From positions 1 to 45,755 of IMG/VR virus record IMGVR_UViG_3300023214_000150: a DNA stretch of 45,755 nt. One strand, given 5' to 3'. The stretch comes from a virus (Duplodnaviria; Caudoviricetes). Position 1 is the first letter of the stretch; each line of letters opens with the position of its first letter. The notes under the pieces are model-generated. The model was not told the origin of the DNA. It ran no database searches and was given only the letters and a program-made list of their open reading frames with translations. This document shows positions 10,090 through 18,900 of this stretch, one piece after another. A program made the position numbers and the translations under genes.

Positions 10090-10671
10090 GTGAAGCTCTC
10101 ACTCAGCAACTTCCTGTACGGCCTCAAGCATATCGTCATGGGCGACAACGAAACCGATGGCGGTTTCTGGAAAGACGTGCCGCTCGAACTGGCTGGGGTC
10201 GATGCCTCGTCCAACGTGTCTCTTGCCGCCGACGAAACGAACGGCCGAGTTCTTCTGGTCGAGGAGACCAACGATTCGGTATTCCACCTGACCCGCCCGA
10301 TCCCCCGGGATTACGACGAGGCCATTGACAAGCTCAAGGTGCGGGTGCTGGCGAGCCAACTCACGCAGTCCACCGACGACGATGTGGAACTCGACAGCGA
10401 GGTCTACGTCAAGACGGCGGGCTCGGCCCTCGGCAGCGATCTCGATCCCACGGCCCCGGGCACGGTCCTCTCGACGACGGAGCAGTGGATCGAGTTCGAC
10501 TTGTCGGACAACGGCCTCACTCGCGACGACGTGGTGAACTTCGAGCTTATCACGAACGGGGCAAACGACACCAACGGCGAGGAAGTTCTCATCCATGCGA
10601 TTGAACTGGTCTACCGCAGCACGCTCGTCAGCTACAACGAGCAGGACGCCAGCGGCAACGATCTCCGCTGA
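10090..10671 (+). CDS. Structural protein (acidic, beta-rich)
   Basis: AAGGAG RBS before a GTG start; position in the tail module. Confidence 0.7.
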   Translation: MKLSLSNFLYGLKHIVMGDNETDGGFWKDVPLELAGVDASSNVSLAADETNGRVLLVEETNDSVFHLTRPIPRDYDEAIDKLKVRVLASQLTQSTDDDVELDSEVYVKTAGSALGSDLDPTAPGTVLSTTEQWIEFDLSDNGLTRDDVVNFELITNGANDTNGEEVLIHAIELVYRSTLVSYNEQDASGNDLR

Positions 10672-10675
10672 TTCA

Positions 10676-10707
10676 CTGCGAGGCCCTCACCGGGGCCTCG
10701 CAGCTTT
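10676..10707 (+). terminator. Hairpin/terminator upstream of the nozzle gene
   Basis: CTGCGAGGCCC-TCACCG-GGGCCTCGCAG followed by CTTT. Confidence 0.5.
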
Positions 10708-10716
10708 GGAGCCGAC

Positions 10717-13350
10717 ATGCCCCCTCGCAACATTTTCGACATCCCGTGGCCAATGCAAGGGCTGGTGGAGAATGCCGCCTATGTCGCCAACCCCGAGGGG
10801 TCGACGCTTGAGTGTCTAAACGTCCGACCGTTCGACCAGTTTGAGCGGCGGCTGCGGGGCGGCCAGCGGACGGGGATCAAGAAGTCTGTTGACGATGCAG
10901 TCTCGGCAGGCACGTTCATTCAGCGTATCGACACTGCCACTGAGGCGGTTGCGGTCGTAGAGGGGGCGGGGGCCTCCGACAAGCTTTCGGACCCTTCGAC
11001 ATTCGTGGCTGATGAAGACGGTTCTCAGGTCGCGTGGCATCCAAGCGGCGATTACTTTGCAGTCGCGACCGGCACCGACAAGAGAGTCTACGTCTATCCG
11101 ATCAACGCAGCGGGAGTGATCGGGTCGCCTTCCATCATCCCGACAGGTTCTTTCGGCTCAAATGCAACAGACGGCGTGGCGTTCAGCCCGGGCGGCGATT
11201 GGCTCATCGCTGCCGACGAAAACGAAATCCGGTCGTTTGCTTTCAACGCATCTACGGGAGTCGTAACCACCAGTGACACGGACAGTGCCAACACATCCCA
11301 CCCAGACAATTTCGCTGATTCGGGCCGCATCTATATGCACCCCAACGGAACGTGGGTCAGCACGTCCACCGGCACGCTCCATGAGTTCAGCGAAGTGACC
11401 GGGATGTTCGGCTCGAAGGTGAACATCCCAAACCGGACCATTCAGAGCGAGCCCGTGGCGTGGCATCCGGATGGGGATTGGGTGCTGTTCGGGTCCTCAA
11501 CGACCTTTTACCTTGCAGCCCGGTCGTTCAATGAATCGACCGGAGCCCTTGGGCCGGAGATGACGGCCCCGGAGACCGGGTTGTCCTCGATCGGTTCGTT
11601 GGATACCTTGGTTATGTTTTCGCCGGACGGGCTGTACGCGGTTGTTTCCTACAGTGACACCAGTGGTAACGACTACATCACGACCCACCCTTTCAGCAAA
11701 ACAACGGGGTTTGGCCTCGGCACCGAATCGAGCGATATGGGTCAGACTGTCCGGAGCGGGTCGTTCACTAGTGACGGCACCATACTGATCGCAGCCCTGA
11801 ACGGTTCTCCCGGTTTCGTCATGTTCCAATGGAACGCGGGCCTCGGGTCACAGTTGGCTGCCCCCGGAACGGCCGCGTCGGGCGACGGCTTGGACGCGGT
11901 GCTGTCCCCCGCCGATCTTTTCTTGGCGGTTGGCATCCAGTCCACGGCCGCCACGCCGCCCATGGAACTGTGGCGGTGGACGGCGGGCGGCACAAACCCC
12001 TCGGCCCGAAAGAAGCGATTGGTCGTCGTTGCCGGGGGCGACGTGTACCGTTCCGTCACCCCGCCTACTGCGTTCGCACTGGCCACCGGTGGCAACGACG
12101 CCCTTCGGGCGGATGTTCGTGTCGGCTCGTCCACGGCGTTCCAGAAGATGTTTTTCGCGGATGGGCTGTCGGCGAATTATAGCTACCTCGACTACGCGGA
12201 CGGCGAGGTCAAGGATTGGGCGACGGACGTGACAGCCGGTTCCCTACCCGAAGGTTCGACGGACACGACGCTGGGGTGCGACATCATCACCACCTACCGG
12301 GGCCGTATCGTGCTGTCCGGTCTGATCGAGGACCCGCAGAACTGGTTTATGAGCCGGGCAGGCGATCCGTTCGATTGGGACTACGCCCCGTCGACCACGA
12401 CAGCCCTTGACCCGGTGGCGGGCAACAACAGCAATGCGGGGCAGCTTGGCGATGTTATCACGGCCCTCGCACCGTTCCAAGACGACGTGATGATTATGGG
12501 CGGCCCGACCTCGCTGTGGATCATGCGGGGCGATCCGGCCGCTGGCGGGGCGATCGACAACATCAGTCGACAGATCGGAATTGTTCAGCCGACCGCGTGG
12601 ACGTGGGATGCGGTGGGCAATCTCTACTTCTTCGGGCAGGACGGCCTCTATCGGCTCGCCCCCGAGGGCGGCCTGCCCCAGCCGATTTCCCGGGGGCGGT
12701 TGGACAAGACCTTCGAGGATACCGACCTTAGCACGAACTACATTTTCCTTACCTACGATCGGCAGTGGAAGGGCGTCCACATCTTCATCTCCCCGACGAG
12801 CGAGCCTTCGTCGTCCTCATCGCACTACTTCTGGGACGAGCGGACTGATTCCTTCTGGCGGGACGAGTACCCGACGAACATCGGACCCACGGCGGTTGCG
12901 TTGTTCGAGGCCGACGACCCCGATGCCCGGGCGGTGCTGCTCGGCGGCTACGACGGGTTCCTGCGGCAGTTCTCCGACACCGCCAAGGACGACGACGGCA
13001 CGGCGATCGTGAGTCGCTGTTGGATGTCCCCGGTTACGCCCGGCAGCATCTACGCCTCTGCCCGGTATGACGACATTCAGGTAGTTCTGGCCAAAGACAG
13101 CGATTCCGTCACTGCGAAGCTCTACACCGGGGCGAGCCCCGAAGACGCCGCCGCGAACATCGACGCTGGAAATGACCCCCGGGCTGTCCGTTCCCTGATC
13201 GGCGGCCGGAACCAGCCGATGCGTCAGCGGATTAGCCAGAACACCCTGATCCCGGTACTGGAACAGACAGGCACGGGCTCGTGGGCGTTCGAGCAGGGTG
13301 GCGGTATCTACCAACTCCTCAATCGGATGCGGTATCGGAGGGTGACGTAA
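10717..13350 (+). CDS. Tail nozzle (tubular protein B/head-stabilisation protein-like) with an inserted WD40-like propeller
   Basis: 877 aa; CLNVRP...LRGGQRTG N-terminus, YRGRIVL..., WFMSRAGDPFDW and GNLYFFGQDGLY motifs; seven (W/F)(H/S)P(D/S)G-type blades in the N-terminal half. Confidence 0.75.
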   Translation: MPPRNIFDIPWPMQGLVENAAYVANPEGSTLECLNVRPFDQFERRLRGGQRTGIKKSVDDAVSAGTFIQRIDTATEAVAVVEGAGASDKLSDPSTFVADEDGSQVAWHPSGDYFAVATGTDKRVYVYPINAAGVIGSPSIIPTGSFGSNATDGVAFSPGGDWLIAADENEIRSFAFNASTGVVTTSDTDSANTSHPDNFADSGRIYMHPNGTWVSTSTGTLHEFSEVTGMFGSKVNIPNRTIQSEPVAWHPDGDWVLFGSSTTFYLAARSFNESTGALGPEMTAPETGLSSIGSLDTLVMFSPDGLYAVVSYSDTSGNDYITTHPFSKTTGFGLGTESSDMGQTVRSGSFTSDGTILIAALNGSPGFVMFQWNAGLGSQLAAPGTAASGDGLDAVLSPADLFLAVGIQSTAATPPMELWRWTAGGTNPSARKKRLVVVAGGDVYRSVTPPTAFALATGGNDALRADVRVGSSTAFQKMFFADGLSANYSYLDYADGEVKDWATDVTAGSLPEGSTDTTLGCDIITTYRGRIVLSGLIEDPQNWFMSRAGDPFDWDYAPSTTTALDPVAGNNSNAGQLGDVITALAPFQDDVMIMGGPTSLWIMRGDPAAGGAIDNISRQIGIVQPTAWTWDAVGNLYFFGQDGLYRLAPEGGLPQPISRGRLDKTFEDTDLSTNYIFLTYDRQWKGVHIFISPTSEPSSSSSHYFWDERTDSFWRDEYPTNIGPTAVALFEADDPDARAVLLGGYDGFLRQFSDTAKDDDGTAIVSRCWMSPVTPGSIYASARYDDIQVVLAKDSDSVTAKLYTGASPEDAAANIDAGNDPRAVRSLIGGRNQPMRQRISQNTLIPVLEQTGTGSWAFEQGGGIYQLLNRMRYRRVT

Positions 13351-14039
13351 TGGCCGGTCTCAAGGGCGTCATTCGCGAACCCCGGGAGAGTGCCCGGGCC
13401 CGGCGAAACAGCCAGAACCTTGGCGATAACGTCGAGTTCGTGGGGGCCGGAAGTGTTGTCTACCTTGACGGCAGCGGGGTTCTGCAACTGCGGCTTGCCT
13501 CGGCGGGCGGACTGGAGAACTCCAGCGGGGAACTCCAGATTGCTCTTGCCACCGACCCCGGGCTGGAGTTCGACGGCGGCGAGCTTCGTGTCAAGGCAGA
13601 CCCCCCGGTCATGCGGACCGCGAGCGGGGTGGGGCTGTCGCTTGACACGGACCCCGGGCTTGAGGTAGACTCAAATAATCTGCGAGTTAAGATCAAAGCT
13701 GCCGGGGGCGTGACCCGGGATAGCGACGGTCTGAGTCTGACAGCGGCGGGAACATCGCAGATCGGCGGCGTACAGCAGGCCGCAGCGAGGGCTGACAGCG
13801 GGCAAGACACAGTGGGCCTATCGTCGGTCACGACCTCGGTAACGGACCCCGCCGACGCCCCCGCCAACGCGGATGCCCTCAGAGACGATCTGGTGGCCAA
13901 CGCCCTCGCGGAGATTGAAGCCGCCCTTGGGAATCTGTCGACTCGGGACGGCGAACTAAAGACTGCAATCGAAACCCTCGCGACCGAGTTCAACGACTTG
14001 CTCGCCAAGCTCCGCACCGCCGGGGTGCTCAACCCATAG
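13350..14039 (+). CDS. Head/tail fibre protein with beta-spiral-like repeats
   Basis: ATG overlaps the nozzle stop (TAATG); roughly 15-17-aa repeats LxxDPGLEFDGGELRVK; C-terminal EFNDLLAKLRTAGVL matches the phage head-fibre trimerisation motif. Confidence 0.7.
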   Translation: MAGLKGVIREPRESARARRNSQNLGDNVEFVGAGSVVYLDGSGVLQLRLASAGGLENSSGELQIALATDPGLEFDGGELRVKADPPVMRTASGVGLSLDTDPGLEVDSNNLRVKIKAAGGVTRDSDGLSLTAAGTSQIGGVQQAAARADSGQDTVGLSSVTTSVTDPADAPANADALRDDLVANALAEIEAALGNLSTRDGELKTAIETLATEFNDLLAKLRTAGVLNP

Positions 14040-14048
14040 GGGCGAATC

Positions 14049-14945
14049 ATGGCCGTCGATATCAACGAACTGATCGAGCAGTACGAGCAACAGCGGGCTC
14101 AGGCGAACCAAGCCAACGAGCAGCGATATGACGAACTGCTCGAATTGCTTTCCGGACTCCAGAACCGACGCGGGACCGTGTACGACGACGTGATCGGTAC
14201 GATTGCGGCCGGCGGTCAGACTGCCCGCCGTAATGCAAAGCGACGCGGGACCGTGGAGCGTGGGGCGGCCGAGCAAGACCTGATCTCGCGGGGACTCGGT
14301 AACACGACCGTCCGTTCCTCGGTGATGCGGGGGATCAACCGGGATACCACTGATCTGCTCAACCAAATCGCCGAGCGGCAGGCGATGCAGACGGCCCAAG
14401 CTCAGGAACGGTCCTTTGGGGCGGAGACGAACACCACACGGATGCTGGCCGGGGCGATCGAGGGGCGGCAGGATGTTGGCCCGAGCATGAGTCAGTATGC
14501 CCGCCTCATCCAACAGGCAGCCGCAGCCGGCGACCCCGACGAGAAACTCACTGCACGGGTGGGCGTGAGGGGGAATGCTTGGCAGCGAGGTGGCGGCTTC
14601 TCCGCCCGGACCGGGGCCGGAGGCGGCGGTAGCGGAGGCGGCCCGAGCTTCGGAGAGCGGGGTGGCGGTGGCAGCGGCGGCGGTAATCGGGCACGTCTGG
14701 TGGCTGGACCTGACCCAAGCCGGGGCTCTCCAAGCATCAGCGGCATCCCCGACATCTCGAAGCTCCCCGGTGAGGGCCCCTCGGGCGGGTTGGCCTCGAA
14801 GCTCAAGAAAAAGAAGAAGCCCTCGGCGTCAGCACTGGCAACTTCGTCTGATCGGGGCCTTCCCCCGATACTCCCCGGGATCATGGGCAGCATCGGGGGT
14901 ATGCGATATAGCTCGTGGGATGTCTATAATCAGGCTCAAGTGTAA
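14049..14945 (+). CDS. Internal virion/ejection protein 1
   Basis: Q/A/R-rich helices, LISRGLGNTT motif, Gly-rich tail; position after the tail genes. Confidence 0.65.
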   Translation: MAVDINELIEQYEQQRAQANQANEQRYDELLELLSGLQNRRGTVYDDVIGTIAAGGQTARRNAKRRGTVERGAAEQDLISRGLGNTTVRSSVMRGINRDTTDLLNQIAERQAMQTAQAQERSFGAETNTTRMLAGAIEGRQDVGPSMSQYARLIQQAAAAGDPDEKLTARVGVRGNAWQRGGGFSARTGAGGGGSGGGPSFGERGGGGSGGGNRARLVAGPDPSRGSPSISGIPDISKLPGEGPSGGLASKLKKKKKPSASALATSSDRGLPPILPGIMGSIGGMRYSSWDVYNQAQV

Positions 14946-14960
14946 ACACCGGAGATTACG

Positions 14961-15980
14961 ATGCCCATTCGCGTTCAATATGGCCCGGCCGGTCTCGGCC
15001 TCCGTGCCGCCCAGCAGGCGGGCGAGGGCGAGGACTTCTGGCGTCGCCACGCTGCCGAGCAGCAGATGGTGGAGTCCGTCCTCGCTGATCGCCGGGCAAA
15101 CCGCCAACTCGATCTCCAGAACCGGCGGATGGAGCTTGAGAACCTCAAGCAGATGCAGCGGCAGCGTCTTGCCGCGTCCCCTACGTCTCATCGACGACAG
15201 CCCCGGCTTACCGGCATGGAACGGCGGCAACAGGCGGCAGCGGGTGCGGGCTTCGACCAAGAGACTCGGCAGCAGCTTGAGGCGGCGTACCAGTACGGTG
15301 ATCGCAGCACGGTCAACGAACTTTTTCAGCGGGTAGCTGCCCCGGGTCCGGCGACCGGCGATACAGCGGACCCGGCAGCCACTCAGAAGCTCAACTATGT
15401 TCAGCAGATTGGCCAAACTCTGAACTTGCCCGACGAGGCCAAGGCAACGCTAGCCGCGTTTGCCCAAAGCCCGGACATTGACCTCAACGATTTGCGTCTA
15501 CAAGCGGCTCAACTGCACGATGCGACCCGCCGACAGCAGGGGGGTCTGTCGCCGAGGGAACAGGCCCAATATCAGCTTTACAACCTTCGCGACCAAACGG
15601 AGACCCTGCGGTCCGAGGCTCAGCGGCTTGCGAAAGAGCTTCAAGACGAAGGGGTCGACCCCCAAGGGCCGCCGTCGCAGCTTGTAGAGCAGGGGGCTCA
15701 GGCCCCGCAGGGCCCAATCGGGCGGGGTATCCGAAACTACGCTTCTGCTGTGGACTCCGCATCGTTCGGTCTCACGGATTTTGCCCGCGAGCCCGAGGAG
15801 TTCGGCCTCCAGCAACACCCAGCGTCCGAGAAGTACCGGCGGCTTCAGCAGGTCTTGCAGCAGCTTGAGCAGCTTGAGCAGCAGCAGCGGCAGATGCTCG
15901 GCACGGAGCAGCAGGGCCAACAGCAGCAGCCTCAGCAGGGCGGCACGGGGCAGGGCTGGTCGATCCAAAGGGTTGAATGA
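14961..15980 (+). CDS. Internal virion/ejection protein 2
   Basis: Q-rich coiled-coil protein with GGAG RBS, coupled to the next gene. Confidence 0.65.
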   Translation: MPIRVQYGPAGLGLRAAQQAGEGEDFWRRHAAEQQMVESVLADRRANRQLDLQNRRMELENLKQMQRQRLAASPTSHRRQPRLTGMERRQQAAAGAGFDQETRQQLEAAYQYGDRSTVNELFQRVAAPGPATGDTADPAATQKLNYVQQIGQTLNLPDEAKATLAAFAQSPDIDLNDLRLQAAQLHDATRRQQGGLSPREQAQYQLYNLRDQTETLRSEAQRLAKELQDEGVDPQGPPSQLVEQGAQAPQGPIGRGIRNYASAVDSASFGLTDFAREPEEFGLQQHPASEKYRRLQQVLQQLEQLEQQQRQMLGTEQQGQQQQPQQGGTGQGWSIQRVE

Positions 15981-18900
15981 TGGCGAAATACCGACTGACT
16001 TCCCCTGCGGGCGAGACTTACGAAATTACGGCCCCCGATGATGCTTCGCAAGAGCAGGTGTTGTCATACTTCCAGAGCCAGATGCAGCAGGGTCAACAGC
16101 CCGAAGCTCCGGACCGCCCCCGCAATCCGTTTGTCAGCCCCGGCGAGCAGCAGGCCCCGATCGAGGCGGAAGCCCAAACCCCGCAGTATCGCACCACGGA
16201 GAACTTCCGCCGTGTGCTACGCGAGGGCGGCGTGAGCGATCAGGACTTCGAGCGGCTTGCCCGGACGGGGATCACTCCCGGCACCGCAACCGAGTTCGCG
16301 GCTGCCCATATTCAGATGCGACAGCAAGAGCGAGAGGAAGAAGGCCGCGACCGTCTGAACACCAGAGAACGCGAGGCCATCCACGACCTGTATAAGGGGT
16401 TGGCTGGGCGAGACGACTTGAGCAGTCAGGACTTCTTCGCCCAACAGCAAGAATACGAGCGGCAGTCCCGCAATGAGACCTTGTTTGGGCGGGCTCAGAA
16501 CTTCGGTTTGAACGTGATGAGCGGCCTCGCCGCCCCGACGACCAGCGTGGTCGGGCTCGCGTCCCCGGAGACTGCCGCTGATCTTCGAGAGCAGCAGCAA
16601 GCAGCCTACAACCCCGGCGGCGGGGCAAGTGGCTTCGCCGGGCAGGTGGTCGGTGAAGGTGCGAACGTCGCCGGAGCCTTGGCCCTCGGTCCTTACGGGA
16701 TGGCGGCTCTGTATGGCGGGCGTGGTGCCGGTCGCACGCGGACAGACATCGAGCAGCGACGGCAGCAGGGTGAAGAAATCTCCGGCTGGCAGGAGGCGTT
16801 GGCAGCCGGGGGTATCGGTCTGGTCGAGGGGGCCAGCGGTTTCGTCGGCCACCACCTGTTCCGGAGAATCGGCAACGCCATGTCACGGATGGGCACGGAG
16901 AACGTCACCCGCACGGGCATCCGCCGGGCGATCAGTGAGGGCACCCGGGCCGCTGGCCTGACGGGCACGGAGGCGTTGGAGGAAGCGGCCACCGAGCTTG
17001 CTGTCAACAAGATTTCGCAAGGAACTTATGACCCCGATCGAGCCGTCACCGAGGGGGTGGCGGAAGCCTTCGTCATGGGCGGCATTCTCGCCCCGCTGGG
17101 CGGACAGGTGATGGCCAAGGCTCAGGGCAGCGGCGTGGACGGCACCGCCCACACGCTCGACCAGAAGCTCCGCGACCGCATCCGGCAGCGAATGGAGCGA
17201 CAGGCCCGGGGCGAGGAAGAAGCCGAACCAACAGCCGAACCGGCCCCGCCGCCGGCGACGGAGGAGACGCCGGGACCCGAGCCCGTTCCCCAGCCCACTT
17301 CGGTCAGCGAAGACGGCACCCGGGCAACCTTCTCGGCAGCGGCGGACCCCAACGCGGAGCAGAACGCCCTGCGGTACGCCGAGTCCGTGGCCGAAGAAGT
17401 TGGCGAGGGGTCCGTGGAAGTGCGGCCCCTCCGCCGAGGGACGGGGTTTGAGGTCCGCGTCACCGAAGGGCTGGATGAGGCAAAACGAGCGGTCGAGGGT
17501 TTCCAAGACTTGTCCCCAACCCAACGCCGAAAGACGGTGAAAGAAGCCCGCCAACTCGGGTTCGACGTGAGCCAGAAGACGATGACGCCCGAGGCGATGC
17601 TCGCGGTGATGAAGCAGCGGCAGGGCGTTGAGGCCGAGCCCGAGCCGGTCGGTCAACCTGAGCCCCCGGCGGAGGCCGCCCCTGATCCAGTGCAGACCCC
17701 GGCCGAGCAGAAGCTGGAACAAGAGGACGATAACATCGGGGGGCTGCCGCTGGAGAAGCAGGTTCAGAAGCTCAAGCGGCTGCTCAATGCCGAACGGTCG
17801 AAGGCCCGGACGGAGCCCCTGACCGGCCTCGGCAATAAGCTCGAATACACCGAGACCCTCTCGAAGTTCAAGCAGCAGACCGACGAGACCGGGAGGCCGT
17901 TCTCCGTGTTGCTATTTGACGCGGCCAACCTCAAAGCTGCGAACGATGTCTACGGCCACGAGGGAGCCGACATCTTCCTGAAAGAGATTGCGAAGTCTCT
18001 CCGCAGCGAATCGGAAACCCGGGACAAGGATGTAGTGGTCACGCGGCAGGGGGGTGACGAGTTCGCTGTGATCCTCCCCAACATGACCCGCAAGAACGCC
18101 AACAAGGTGTTGGAACGGGTTGAAGCGGCAGTCGGCCAGCAGGAGATCATCCCCGGTCTGTCGATGTTCCTCGCGGGCGATGTTGCCACCTATGCCAAGG
18201 GCGGCGACCTCGATGCCGCATTGCAGCGGGCGGACTCCGGCGTCGAGGCTCGGAAAGCCCTTCGCAAGAAACGGCTGGGCGAGGTCACTACCCGGTCGGA
18301 GGCCGAAGCCGCGATCGCCGAGTGGAAAAAGCAGCAGAAGACCCGGACGGCGGACGAACTCACCGATGCCGTCCGCAATCAGGGGATGCCGAGGGACGAA
18401 GCGGCACAAAGGATGGTCGACCCCGAGGCCGTCGAGAATCAGGTGGAGCGGGGTACCGAGGGGGCGTTCGACCCGTCCAATTCGGACGCTCTGCTTGATG
18501 CGGCCGTTCCGCAGATCGAGCGGGTGGAGGATGAGAGCAAAGTCCGTCAGGCCGTTAGCAAGAATGTTACGCCCGTTGGCACAGTGATCCGCCGGTGGGC
18601 CCCCCGACTCTACGGCCGCATCAAGCAGATGCAGTCCAGATATCGGCGAGACCGGCACGACGCGGATGTGCAAGCCCACAAGCTAGACACGATGTTGAAG
18701 AAGGCCCTTTCCGACGAACAGCGTCAGAGGGTTCTCTACAACTGGCAGACCGGGAACTTCGAGGAGGCCCGTCAGATCATCGACGCAAACGCCGCATCGA
18801 CGGCAGCGGAGATCAACGGCCAGCTTAACGATGTGCTCCGGATCAAGGACAGGGCCCGTACCGAAGGCGTCAAGGCGGGGTTGAAGATCGGGATGGTCGA

